A stretch of 64,000 bases of DNA from NCBI GenBank assembly GCA_963665375.2, contig CAXXUL010000001.1, forward strand, positions 733,001 to 797,000, in the 5' to 3' direction. Below the pieces are notes generated by a model. That model was not told the DNA's origin and did no database searches. It was given only the letters and a program-made list of their open reading frames with translations. This DNA comes from Christensenellaceae bacterium. Its GTDB lineage: Bacteria > Bacillota > Clostridia > Christensenellales > CAG-138. The position numbers were made by a program, and so were the translations under genes. Shown here piece after piece: positions 36,510 through 45,576 of the stretch. How positions within the stretch are numbered: the stretch's first letter is position 1; the number at the start of each line of letters is the position of its first letter.

Positions 36510-36788
36510 TTACGATACCTTTTTGCCGCCGCTTTTGCGGTATGCGCGCACATGCGCTTCGCTTTCATAGCGCACCTGTGCGCTCTGGGCAATCAGCGTG
36601 GCGAGACTCTGGGGAATCTCGACCGGTTCACCGGTGCGGATGCGAAAGAAATGCCCGTTGATGCCGCCTTCCCAGTGGGATTCGCCGTTTTCCGGCTGAA
36701 TCGTCACGGTCACTTTATTTTCTTTCGCAAGTGCCTTCCCCGTCTCGGTCGAAATGCCGTCAATCTGCGCTTCGGTCATATACTGCAT
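36510..36788 (-). CDS. small phage head-associated protein (unknown)
   Basis: 92 aa, AAGGAGG RBS, immediately downstream of the capsid gene. Confidence 0.5.
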   Translation of the reverse strand: MQYMTEAQIDGISTETGKALAKENKVTVTIQPENGESHWEGGINGHFFRIRTGEPVEIPQSLATLIAQSAQVRYESEAHVRAYRKSGGKKVS

Positions 36789-36853
36789 GGTTTTATCCTC
36801 CTTAAATTTTAGAGTTGGGGAGAGCCTATCCCGCTCTCCCCTGTGTTCCGTGA

Positions 36854-38065
36854 TTACAGACTCACGCCGTGCTCGATGCGCACGATCCAGAGGTTGTTGA
36901 GAATCTTCGCGGTGTAAGCGGCAACCTTGGCGCCAACCGTCGCGCGCTGATCCAGCGGATCAGAAGCTCCGCCGCTGCCGACGGGTTTCACGATGGTCTG
37001 GAGGCAACCTTCGCCGTCCACGTCGATGATGCCGTATGCATCCGAACCGAAGACGAGCGTCGCGTGGATATCCGTGCCCTTTTTCGTCGTGGCGTCGATG
37101 CTGCCCGCGTTTTCGCTGTACACGATCGTGCCCGCCGCGATCGCGCTGGCAACCGTCGCGCTGAGGGTAACGGTCTTTGCCGCGGCGTTGCAGGAGGCAA
37201 CGGTGTATTCCGTGGCTCCGATCTTAATTTTCGCGCCCGCCGTGAGATACAGCGCCGCGGATTCCGTGATATCGGCGAGGGTAACCACCGCACTGCCCGC
37301 CGAATGCGCGGCAACGGTGGTGTGTACGCTCTGATAAAACACCTTCGCTTCGGTGCTCTCGACGAACACAACGCCAAAGAGTCTGCCGATTTCGCCGGAA
37401 TAGATCTGCTCCATGTCGGAATATTTCGAGACATCCTGCCAAAGCGCGTCGCTCTGCAGATCGTAGGTCGCGTCCGGCGAGCAGATGCAGACAAAGTGCG
37501 GTTTACGAACCGCGCCGCCGTCCACGTTGTTAAACATGCGCGCTTTTGCCTTTTTCAGCGAACGCACCGCTTTGCGAATCTCGGTGACGGTGAGCTTGTC
37601 TCCCGCTTCGAGGGAGAGGCGGTTCGTCTTGCCGTTTGCATACTGCACATTGGTGCCCGCGCACATCGCATCTCGCGTGATCCATTCGACCACGGTGCCG
37701 AGCTGCTCGCCGAGCAGTTCCGTGCTCTCCGTGAGTACGGGATCAAAGCTCGTCAGATCGAGCAGATCGCTGACCTCGACGTATGCGCCGTACTGTTTGA
37801 CTTCGGCCTCAATCTTGCTCTGCGCGAGGCTCTGGCCCGCCGGGGTCACGCCCTCTTCGAGTACCAGCGCGTTTGCGTTCGGCGTAAAGAGCTCGTAGCG
37901 GCGGAATTCCACGCGCTTGCCGCTGTTGCGCGGAATGCTGCGTTTCTGGCCGTAGCTTGCGTGCACGAGCCGCGTCTTGGCGATCTCAAGCAGCGCTTTG
38001 TCGTAAAACGTCTTGTTGCTGTAGGTGGTGCTTGCGGTGTTTACCGTGGTGTTGCTGTTGCTCAT
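36854..38065 (-). CDS. major capsid protein (N4-gp56 family, HK97 fold)
   Basis: 403 aa. The pattern FYDKALLEIAKTRLVHASYGQKRSIPRNSGKRVEFRRYELF...EGVTP...VKQYGAYVEVSDL matches my memory of the N4-gp56 capsid family. Confidence 0.85.
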   Translation of the reverse strand: MSNSNTTVNTASTTYSNKTFYDKALLEIAKTRLVHASYGQKRSIPRNSGKRVEFRRYELFTPNANALVLEEGVTPAGQSLAQSKIEAEVKQYGAYVEVSDLLDLTSFDPVLTESTELLGEQLGTVVEWITRDAMCAGTNVQYANGKTNRLSLEAGDKLTVTEIRKAVRSLKKAKARMFNNVDGGAVRKPHFVCICSPDATYDLQSDALWQDVSKYSDMEQIYSGEIGRLFGVVFVESTEAKVFYQSVHTTVAAHSAGSAVVTLADITESAALYLTAGAKIKIGATEYTVASCNAAAKTVTLSATVASAIAAGTIVYSENAGSIDATTKKGTDIHATLVFGSDAYGIIDVDGEGCLQTIVKPVGSGGASDPLDQRATVGAKVAAYTAKILNNLWIVRIEHGVSL

Positions 38066-38086
38066 GTTGTACTTTCCTCCTGTTGT

Positions 38087-38530
38087 TTACAGTCTGGTTT
38101 TGCCGCCGTCGCGGGCGGTCTTCTTCATCTGCTGCATGAGTGCGCGGAATGCTTCCGAGCTCATGCCGTGATAATTGGTTGCGGCCGGTGCCGCGCTGCC
38201 TCCGCGCGTGCTCTTGGGCAAAGCACCGCGCTCGCGAACACGGGCACTCACGCGCTCCATGGCGTTGTTCTCGGCTTCCTCCGCGCGCTGTTCTGCAGCG
38301 TAGATGCGGATGCCCGCCTCCGCGCCGTATTCGCGCATCAGGTTCGCCAGTTCCGGGTCTTTCGCCGCCGACTCAAGGTCAAAACCTTCCGGCAGCTTGC
38401 CTTGCTGCACCAGAACGGAGATTTCATCTACCAGCGCTTCAAATTCCGGATCGTTTTGCGCCGCGTTCTGCGTTCTTGCGCCGTCTGCGCTCATCAGGCG
38501 CTGCTGCATCGTGTTTTTGATGGATTTCAT
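38087..38530 (-). CDS. putative scaffolding protein
   Basis: 147 aa, helical and charged. It lies between the portal and capsid genes and has an ATGA overlap with the portal stop. Confidence 0.55.
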   Translation of the reverse strand: MKSIKNTMQQRLMSADGARTQNAAQNDPEFEALVDEISVLVQQGKLPEGFDLESAAKDPELANLMREYGAEAGIRIYAAEQRAEEAENNAMERVSARVRERGALPKSTRGGSAAPAATNYHGMSSEAFRALMQQMKKTARDGGKTRL

Positions 38531-40179
38531 GCGTTCCTCCCTATTTTGCCCGCGCCTTGCGGGAGAGTCTGTTGTTGCTGTTGTTTTGCGAGCGCTTCCA
38601 CTTTCTCGCTCTGTTCTTTGAGTTGCTTGAGTAGTTGATCCTTACCCTCAAACACCATGAGTTCCACGGCCTGCGCCGGCGTCATCATGCCGCTTTGCAG
38701 CATACGGAGTGCCAACTCGTTCTGGCTCATCGCGGAGTACTTCGTCTCCTGCTGCGCCTTGACCGAGATGTAGAACTCAATCGGCAGCGCGACGTTTCCC
38801 GGCGCTTTCTTCACGAGCATCGTGCTTTCGAAGGTGCGTTCCTTCGTCTCGCCGTTGATGGTCACGTTTACGCGGCGGGTAAAGAAGTTGAACTCGCGCT
38901 CGACTTCGATCTCTAGGCGCACCGCGTCCCGAAAGCTTTCGTGCAGCAGCCGCGCCATCATACGAGCGCGCTTATTGCTCATCTCCTGCATAGCGGCGAT
39001 GGCGCTGGCCGCGGTTACGCCGCCTGCCGTTGTGCCACGGGAGAAATCGTTTGCCCCGCTCTCCTGCTTGATGCTCTCGCGAATGCTGTCGATGTAGCCG
39101 ATGATGTAGGCGGGCAGCGGCGGTGTGGAAAACCAGGTGACCCCGTTGAGGCTTTCGCCGCGGTGAACCTCCCGGCTCCAATCGCGCAGGTCCTCGGTGT
39201 CAAATCCGCTGGCTTCGGTCACGAGCAGTTTGTTGTGGCTCGCCATCAGCGCGTTTTTCAGCACGATCTGGTCGAGTTTGTCCGCGTATTTCTGCTGCGT
39301 TTCAAACATGTCCACGAGACCGAGACCGAGGCAGGAGCCCTTTCGCACGAACATCGGGGTGAGTAAAAACGGATACATGCCGTGTTCGAAGAGACCGTCC
39401 GGTTTCGTGTCCCTGCTATCCGAGAGCACCTGGTTTCCAGCAATCTGCGCCATGTGTACGCTCGATCGCTCCGTCTCCGCGTCAAATTCCCGCCACCAGT
39501 ATTCGAGGAAGAGCATCGCTCCGTTCCGGTCTCCGTGCAGGATTCCGTCCTCTACCGCGTCCGGCGTACCGAACGCATCCGCCGTGAGAAACGGCGCAGC
39601 TTTGGGAAAGCGGGATTCGATGTATTCGCGCGTCTTGAGCGAAATCTTGAAGATCGCACGGCTTTCCTGCGCGTCCGTCGTCAGCGGGTCAAAGAGAATG
39701 CTCCTCGCGTCCACGTGGCGGATAAACGCGCCACCAAGTCCTGCGTTGAGCGTGTTGTCGTAGCCGACCTCCTGCACGCAGTAGCCGCCGACCAGCAGGT
39801 CGTGTACGAGCTTGCGGTATTCCTTCACGTAACCATCCGCGTCGTGGTTCTGGCGGATGATGGCTTCGATTACGTGCGCAATCTCGCTGTCCTTCGGGCT
39901 TTCCGGCAGGATGACCGCCTCCGGCACGCGATCCAGCAGCTCGGCCTTGATGTTCTCCACCGTACTCTGGATAATCGGCGTCACCGGTCTCGGCTCGTTG
40001 CGGTCAAGCATCGGTACATCGTGCCAGTGATCGCCGCGATACATCCGTTCGCAATTTTCCAGCCGTTGCCATTCGGAGACATATGCCCCGCGAAACTCCC
40101 GAAAGAGTCCGTAGGCCTTTTCGCAGAGCGCGCGCTTCTCCTGCCCCTGGTTTGATCCTTTCATATGAGATGTGTTCAT
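38527..40179 (-). CDS. phage portal protein
   Basis: 550 aa, directly downstream of TerL, with an acidic helical C-terminus. The call rests on size and synteny. Confidence 0.7.
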   Translation of the reverse strand: MNTSHMKGSNQGQEKRALCEKAYGLFREFRGAYVSEWQRLENCERMYRGDHWHDVPMLDRNEPRPVTPIIQSTVENIKAELLDRVPEAVILPESPKDSEIAHVIEAIIRQNHDADGYVKEYRKLVHDLLVGGYCVQEVGYDNTLNAGLGGAFIRHVDARSILFDPLTTDAQESRAIFKISLKTREYIESRFPKAAPFLTADAFGTPDAVEDGILHGDRNGAMLFLEYWWREFDAETERSSVHMAQIAGNQVLSDSRDTKPDGLFEHGMYPFLLTPMFVRKGSCLGLGLVDMFETQQKYADKLDQIVLKNALMASHNKLLVTEASGFDTEDLRDWSREVHRGESLNGVTWFSTPPLPAYIIGYIDSIRESIKQESGANDFSRGTTAGGVTAASAIAAMQEMSNKRARMMARLLHESFRDAVRLEIEVEREFNFFTRRVNVTINGETKERTFESTMLVKKAPGNVALPIEFYISVKAQQETKYSAMSQNELALRMLQSGMMTPAQAVELMVFEGKDQLLKQLKEQSEKVEALAKQQQQQTLPQGAGKIGRNA

Positions 40180-40209
40180 TGGTTGTGTCCTTCCTTGGGG
40201 ATACCCCGT

Positions 40210-41556
40210 TTACAGTCTGGTGAATCCGTCCGCATGCGGTTCACCGGATGCAAACGGGTCATAGGCGCGCGCCTTCTTCTTCTTCGGCTCGCTTGCGGCG
40301 GATGGCCTCGACATCAGCCCGTAGCGCAGCGCTTCCGGCGCGTGATCCTCGTAGTGTGAGCCGACGTCCTCCACAAAATGCTCGTCGAAGGTCAGCGCGG
40401 GCAGCGTTCGGATCAGGTTTTCGCAGGTGCGAAAGATCAGCAGCTTCGGCTGCCCGTCGTCTGCGTCGCTCAGATATTCGCGGACACGCTGCCAGCCGGG
40501 GATTCTGGCGTTGTCCGCGCGGATGAGCGGCACGCCGCCGTGGGCGAACACCTCCGCAATGCTCATCCCGCCGATGTCTCCGGCGGCGCTCATGCCACGG
40601 TTTTGCCAGGCGTCCGGCGAGGCAGTGGTGTATGCGATCTTCTCTTCTCCCGTCATCTGACGGATGCGCCGTGCCGTCTCACTGGACAGCACCTGGCGTT
40701 CATAATATTCGCGATACGCATACACCCGACCTGTGGGCGAAACGGCAAACCACAGCACCGCGCAGGGATCGTTGTATCCCCAGTCCATGGCGCGAAATCT
40801 CCGCCACGACTTCGGGATCTCAAACGGCTCTGTCACGTGCCGCCCTCTCGAAAACTCGCTGAAGTACTGCCCCGCCAGCACATCCCAGTCCCCGTCCAGA
40901 TGGGCGCGCCTCAGCGGCTCCGGCAGGTTTTCGAGTGTGATCACATAGGACTTGTCCCGCATCAGGACCGGATTGTCCGTCACGCGCGCCGGAATGAAGA
41001 CGTAATCCTCGCTTCTCTCGCTTCCGCGATAGCGTCGGTCGATAAAGAGGCGCTTGACCCATGCGTGCCCTACGCCGCCGGGATTGCATGTGTAGTACAT
41101 ACGCGGCTTAAAGTCCGTTCTCACCGAGCGGTTGCAGGTCGAAATGAACTGCATCTGGCTCTCGGTGAACTGGGTGGCTTCCTCCAATCCGATCACGTCG
41201 TATTCCTGCCCCTGATAGCGGTATACGTCCTGCTCATTGTCGCAATAACCGAGTTTGATGCGGCTGCCGTTCGGAAACGTGAATACGCGTTGCGTTTGGT
41301 TGTAATCAACAAACCCTGATAGCTCCGTTTGCAGCGCCCGCACATGGTTTTCGGTCAGCTCCGACAGCGTTCTTCGGAGCAGAAGGAGTTGAAGGTTCGG
41401 ATAGCGAAGGGCGAGCAGCACGAACTTTCTTCGCATGGCCCAGCTTTTACCGCCGCCGCGCGCGCCGCCGTATGCGGTGTGCCGTGCCCTGCTTTCGAAG
41501 AATGCCCGCTGGCGTGGATTTGGATACCCCTTTAATTGGAATTCCACGTCACTCAC
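40210..41556 (-). CDS. phage terminase large subunit
   Basis: The Walker A-like motif is YGGARGGGKSW and the Walker B-like motif is VIGLEEAT. The C-terminal nuclease region is MDWGYNDP... Confidence 0.9.
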   Translation of the reverse strand: MSDVEFQLKGYPNPRQRAFFESRARHTAYGGARGGGKSWAMRRKFVLLALRYPNLQLLLLRRTLSELTENHVRALQTELSGFVDYNQTQRVFTFPNGSRIKLGYCDNEQDVYRYQGQEYDVIGLEEATQFTESQMQFISTCNRSVRTDFKPRMYYTCNPGGVGHAWVKRLFIDRRYRGSERSEDYVFIPARVTDNPVLMRDKSYVITLENLPEPLRRAHLDGDWDVLAGQYFSEFSRGRHVTEPFEIPKSWRRFRAMDWGYNDPCAVLWFAVSPTGRVYAYREYYERQVLSSETARRIRQMTGEEKIAYTTASPDAWQNRGMSAAGDIGGMSIAEVFAHGGVPLIRADNARIPGWQRVREYLSDADDGQPKLLIFRTCENLIRTLPALTFDEHFVEDVGSHYEDHAPEALRYGLMSRPSAASEPKKKKARAYDPFASGEPHADGFTRL

Positions 41557-41947
41557 CCCAGCCTTCCTTATCCTCCAGCACGATCACGATCCTGCGGGCT
41601 TCCTCGTCCGGCGGCAGTTTTTCGCCGGTGCCGAGTTCTTCCAGCAGTTTCGCGGCAACGCTGTACTGGAGTTCCCCCAGTAACGCGTGCTCTACGATGT
41701 AGCGACCAATCCGTCGGAGTGCGCTAGCGTACAGCTTGCACTCCTTGCTCTTTCCTCCGCTTTTGCCTTTTGCGAGGATCTCGCCCTGCGGTTTTGCGAG
41801 GTGCTCGCTCAGGCCTGCAAGCGTATACGGCGTTTGCCGGATGGTCACGCTTCCGTTTTTGAGTGTGACACGCTCCGCCGTCGCATCGCATGCGGCAAAA
41901 TACGCTTCCATTTTGCTTTCGATTGAATTATGATTGGCCGACTCCAT
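41549..41947 (-). CDS. putative terminase small subunit
   Basis: 132 aa. A PYTLAGLSEHL segment resembles the Terminase_4 small-subunit HTH. It has an 8-nt overlap with TerL. The start at 41947 has an AAAGGAG RBS. Confidence 0.55.
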   Translation of the reverse strand: MESANHNSIESKMEAYFAACDATAERVTLKNGSVTIRQTPYTLAGLSEHLAKPQGEILAKGKSGGKSKECKLYASALRRIGRYIVEHALLGELQYSVAAKLLEELGTGEKLPPDEEARRIVIVLEDKEGWGE

Positions 41948-42055
41948 TCGTTCGTGCTCCTTTCTTGCTTGGCGGCGTTTTTCGAGGCTGTTTCCTGCCG
42001 CCAAAGATATCCTAATGCAGAAAACCACTAAAAAATTACGACAGTTTTGGGTTTC

Positions 42056-42074
42056 GCGAATTCTTATAATTCGC
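42056..42074. promoter_or_regulatory. AT-rich palindrome GCGAATT-cttat-AATTCGC upstream of terS, sharing a 14-mer with the region upstream of the lysis cassette
   Basis: It is a perfect 7-bp inverted repeat. CGAATTCTTATAAT (42057-42070) is identical to the reverse complement of 5177-5190. Confidence 0.5.
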
Positions 42075-42273
42075 CCTTTCGCTGATTCCGATAATTCTTT
42101 TTTGCATCCAAAACATAAAAAGGCGCCACCCCGGCGCGTGCGTTAGTCACTTTAGGCATCATTTTATCTATGGTATGATAGCAACGTATCATAAAGATTT
42201 GTGTATGGATGCATTTCATCCATCATTTGTCCCGTGCCATTTGATGCGGCGCGGCCTTGAAAGGACTGATCAT

Positions 42274-42846
42274 ATGAAAAAAATCATCCCTGCCATCTTG
42301 GCGCTACTTCTTGTTTTTATCTTTGCTTCCTGCAAAGCCGCGACAAACGGACCGGTAACTTCCACCGTTTCCGCTCCCGTCAGCACGCCGTACGCAACCG
42401 CCGAGCCAACAGTGCAGTTGCCAAATCCCATTGTGGAGGTGGAAGGCCCTGCGGATTTTTCCGACCTTGGGTTTGTCATCACGGCGCATCAGCAGGCGGA
42501 TAGCGCCAACTATAGCATCATCGATGGCAAGATCGCGCAGGTCATCTTCACGCTGGATGGACAGACCTTCACCTATCGCGGCGCTGCCACTACGGAGGAT
42601 ATCTCCGGTGTGTATGAGTCGTTTGATCCCACGCCGCAGTCTCTTTATCTCGAAGGCCCCGGCTTCAAGGTAACGGTGTCCATCAAAACGATCGATGGTG
42701 GAACCAAAGGCGCGCTCGCCGAATGGGCATACGAGGATATCCGTTATTCGTTCTACACGCCGGATCAAACGGATTACGAGTCACTGACGGACGTACTGCT
42801 GCCAATTCTCTATTACGACCTGCCGTTTGCCGCCTGTTGCGGCTGA
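42274..42846 (+). CDS. lipoprotein of unknown function
   Basis: Signal peptide with lipobox MKKIIPAILALLLVFIFASC. The ATG at 42274 has a GAAAGGA RBS. Confidence 0.7.
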   Translation: MKKIIPAILALLLVFIFASCKAATNGPVTSTVSAPVSTPYATAEPTVQLPNPIVEVEGPADFSDLGFVITAHQQADSANYSIIDGKIAQVIFTLDGQTFTYRGAATTEDISGVYESFDPTPQSLYLEGPGFKVTVSIKTIDGGTKGALAEWAYEDIRYSFYTPDQTDYESLTDVLLPILYYDLPFAACCG

Positions 42847-42920
42847 TCAATTCAAGCAATACGCCAAAAACAAAAAAAGCCTGAGCGACTATGTTGTCGT
42901 TCAGGCTTTCTTGTAGCTCG

Positions 42921-43088
42921 TTACTCGGCTTTGGGTGCGCCAACCGGGCAAACGTCCGCGCAGTTGCCGCAGTCGATGCACTTATCGGCATCGATCACGT
43001 AGATCGCGCCTTCGCTGATTGCTTCGGTGGGGCACTCCGCAGCGCAAGCGCCGCAGGCGATGCATTCGTCAGAAATTTTATATGCCAT
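42921..43088 (-). CDS. 2x[4Fe-4S] clostridial-type ferredoxin
   Basis: MAYKISDECIACGACAAECP...CIDCGNCADVCP carries two CxxCxxCxxxCP motifs. 55 aa, GGAGGA RBS. Confidence 0.9.
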   Translation of the reverse strand: MAYKISDECIACGACAAECPTEAISEGAIYVIDADKCIDCGNCADVCPVGAPKAE

Positions 43089-43192
43089 GTTCCAGTCCTC
43101 CGTGTCCAAATTTCGTAAACATTATAACACAGCGGTGTAAAACGTCAACACAACTTGCGTAAAATCCGCATTGCGCGGCGTTTTGTCGCGTA

Positions 43193-44491
43193 TTACGGCT
43201 CTTTTTTCTCCGGCGCAGGTGTATTCGGTCTCGGCCTGTTCGCGCCGCCACGCCTGTTGTTGTTATTCGCGCGCTGCCCTTCCGGTGCGTTGCCTTGTCT
43301 CGGCGGTTGTCCGCCCTGCTGCGGGTTCGCGTTTTGCGGTTGCGGTCTTGGCTGGTTTGGGCGCTGTTGCTGGCCATCACGTCTCGGCTGCTGCTGTTGT
43401 TGAGCGTTGGGACGCGGCTTCTGCGCCTGTGCGTTTTGCGGTTGCGCTTCGCCCTCTTGCGCCGGTGCGCCGTTCGCTCGCGGCGCTCCCTTTCCGCGTC
43501 CGCCGCGTCTGCGGCGCTTGTGGTCTGGATTGCGTTCCGCTGCCGGGGCGTTTTCCGCCGCGGGTTTTGTCTCCACCGTCCCGCTTTCCTGTCTTGCGGC
43601 GGGTTGTGTGAGCTGCGCAAGCTGCGCTGGTTGCGTCACTTGTGCAGGTTGCGCGGCTTGCTGCGGCTGAACGGGCAGCGGTTCGCCGGGTTTGGCGAGC
43701 AGCGTATAATGAAACTCTCTTAGATCAATGCTTCCATCCGGCAACGTCACGCGGACTTTCGTCTTTTCGGTGATCACATTGTTGTCGACCACGATTCCAA
43801 TCCCGTCCGGCGTCAGGATTTCGCGGTTGACGTGAGGCATCCGCCGCTTCATGTCTTCATAACAGCTCTGCTCGTATTGCAGGCAGCACATGAGCCTGCC
43901 GCAAAGCCCGCTGATCTTCGTCGGGCTGAGCGAAAGATTCTGTTCCTTCGCCATCTTGATCGAGACGGGGTGGAAATCGTCGAGAAACTGCTTGCAGCAA
44001 ACAACTCTGCCGCAGGAGCCGAGTCCGCCTAGCATCTTCGCTTCGTCGCGAACACCGATTTGCCGTAGCTCAATGCGCGTGCGGAACTGGGACGCGAGGT
44101 CTTTGACCAGCTCGCGGAAATCCACCCGCTCGTCCGCCGTAAAGTAAAACACGAGCTTGCTGCCGTTAAACGAGTATTCCGCGCTAACGAGGTGCATGTC
44201 CAGCTTGTGCTGTTCAATCTTCTGCTGGCAAACGCGAAACGCGTCGCCCTCTTTTGCGCAGTTCTGCTCGCGCATCGTGGTGTCCGCCTCGCTTGCGGGG
44301 CGAATCACGGGTTTGAGCGGGGAAACAATCGCGGTCTCCTCTACATCCATCGCCACCTGTGCGACTTCGCCGTATTCCTGTCCCCGCGCGGTTTCAACGA
44401 TAACGCCGTACCCTTCGGAAAACTCGAATTCCAACGGATCAAAATAATAGATGCGTCCGCTCGATTTGAATCGTACGCCAATCACTTTCAT
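43193..44491 (-). CDS. ricT: PSP1-domain regulatory iron-sulfur protein RicT/YaaT with a long Q/P/R-rich C-terminal tail
   Basis: The N-terminal 270 aa (VIGVRFKSSGRIYYFD...CGRVVCC...CGRLMCCL) are YaaT-like. The C-terminal 160 aa or so are low complexity. Confidence 0.85.
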   Translation of the reverse strand: MKVIGVRFKSSGRIYYFDPLEFEFSEGYGVIVETARGQEYGEVAQVAMDVEETAIVSPLKPVIRPASEADTTMREQNCAKEGDAFRVCQQKIEQHKLDMHLVSAEYSFNGSKLVFYFTADERVDFRELVKDLASQFRTRIELRQIGVRDEAKMLGGLGSCGRVVCCKQFLDDFHPVSIKMAKEQNLSLSPTKISGLCGRLMCCLQYEQSCYEDMKRRMPHVNREILTPDGIGIVVDNNVITEKTKVRVTLPDGSIDLREFHYTLLAKPGEPLPVQPQQAAQPAQVTQPAQLAQLTQPAARQESGTVETKPAAENAPAAERNPDHKRRRRGGRGKGAPRANGAPAQEGEAQPQNAQAQKPRPNAQQQQQPRRDGQQQRPNQPRPQPQNANPQQGGQPPRQGNAPEGQRANNNNRRGGANRPRPNTPAPEKKEP

Positions 44492-44570
44492 GGTGTTCTT
44501 TGCTCCTTCTATGCATCCGCGGGCGAATGCTTCGCGCGCGGTACAGGTTGTGTTTGATATGCCGTATGCG

Positions 44571-45542
44571 TTACGCTTCGTAAAACAGTTTCGCCAGCGC
44601 GCTATCGAGGGTGAGATAGATGTTCCCGCCTGCCGTCAGTTTCTGCTGCGAACTGGTTAACATTTCTATGATACCTTGTATCTGCGCCGTTGTAAAGCAC
44701 GACGAAATCCGGCGAATCAGCGCCGTTTGATCGGTGTTGCGCGGGGTTTGCTCGCCGAGCGTGTCGTATAGCGCATCCTGAAATAAACTGAGTGCTATGG
44801 TAAGCAGCGATTGCGCCAACTGCACATTGCCCTTCTTCTTTTTCTTGCCGACTTTCGCCTTTGGTTCTTCGTCTGTTGCATCGTCTGCGTCCGTGTCTGC
44901 GCTCAAGCTCGTAACGAGATCCGCTGCTTCCGAAAACGGCGCATAGTCGAATATCGCATGTTCGAGAATGCCGATCGCGTTTTTGCGAAATTCGCGTGCT
45001 TCCGGCGTCGCTTCTGCGCGCGCGCGGCTGAGAATCCCGTCCGATAATCCCGCAAAAAATCGTGCGTCGTCTAGCGAGAGACCATCACGCATCAGTTCGC
45101 ACGCGGTTTCCTCCAGGCTCCCTGCGCCTAGCCGCTCGATCACGCAGCGGGAGCGAATCGTCGGCAACAGCCCAAACTCGTTTCCCGTCAGGATCAGCAG
45201 CGTCTCGCTGTGGGGTTCTTCAAGCGTTTTCAGCAATGTGTTTTGAATCTGTACGCTCATGAGTTGCGCGTTGACAAATACAAACGCTCTTTGACCGCCG
45301 TTGAACCCCTGCATCGCGGCGGAGGCAAGCAGCGTCCGGATATCGTCCACCTTGACCGTGCTCTCGCCGATCTCGTAATAGTTCGGGCAATTGCTCAATC
45401 GTTCCGGCGCGTCTTCGCCGAGGCAAAAGAGCGCGGCACAACGGCGCGCAAGCTCGCGCCTGCCGCTTCCTTCCGGCCCGGAAATCAAGATTGCATGTGG
45501 CGCACGGTTTTGTTGTATCGCTTCGAGCAGTCGATTCTGCAT
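44571..45542 (-). CDS. holB: DNA polymerase III subunit delta'
   Basis: HAILISGPEGSGRRELA resembles an AAA+ clamp-loader, and the gene shows conserved synteny with ricT. The start at 45542 follows a GAGGA RBS. Confidence 0.8.
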   Translation of the reverse strand: MQNRLLEAIQQNRAPHAILISGPEGSGRRELARRCAALFCLGEDAPERLSNCPNYYEIGESTVKVDDIRTLLASAAMQGFNGGQRAFVFVNAQLMSVQIQNTLLKTLEEPHSETLLILTGNEFGLLPTIRSRCVIERLGAGSLEETACELMRDGLSLDDARFFAGLSDGILSRARAEATPEAREFRKNAIGILEHAIFDYAPFSEAADLVTSLSADTDADDATDEEPKAKVGKKKKKGNVQLAQSLLTIALSLFQDALYDTLGEQTPRNTDQTALIRRISSCFTTAQIQGIIEMLTSSQQKLTAGGNIYLTLDSALAKLFYEA

Positions 45543-45576
45543 GATCATCCTCAAATTTGCTAGATTCTGAGTGTTT

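Larger units (their letters stand above)
33434..42075 (-). mobile_element. phage-derived head/neck gene module (10 co-directional genes); prophage remnant or domesticated particle locus
   Basis: TerS, TerL, portal, scaffold, N4-gp56-type capsid and five unknowns. All have strong RBSs and several have overlapping stop/start codons. Ordinary cellular genes flank both sides. There is no integrase. Confidence 0.8.

Noticed and set aside
36869-38638. Very long plus-strand ORF (589 aa), together with similar long ORFs at 33709-35016, 40378-41319, 39382-40155, 5174-6334, 15784-16743, 18816-19592, 25561-26595 and 27208-27978.
   Set aside because: All of them are antisense to well-supported genes in GC-rich DNA. 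Their translations are Arg/Ala/His-rich with no recognisable motifs or RBS. This is the typical shadow-ORF artefact of high GC content.
42118-42140. GC-rich hairpin (GCGCC-GGGGT-GGCGC) followed by T5 on the minus strand, upstream of the terS palindrome, considered as a terminator.
   Set aside because: No minus-strand gene ends just upstream of it, since the neighbouring lipoprotein gene is on the plus strand. Its role as an insulator is therefore speculative, and I did not list it as a feature.
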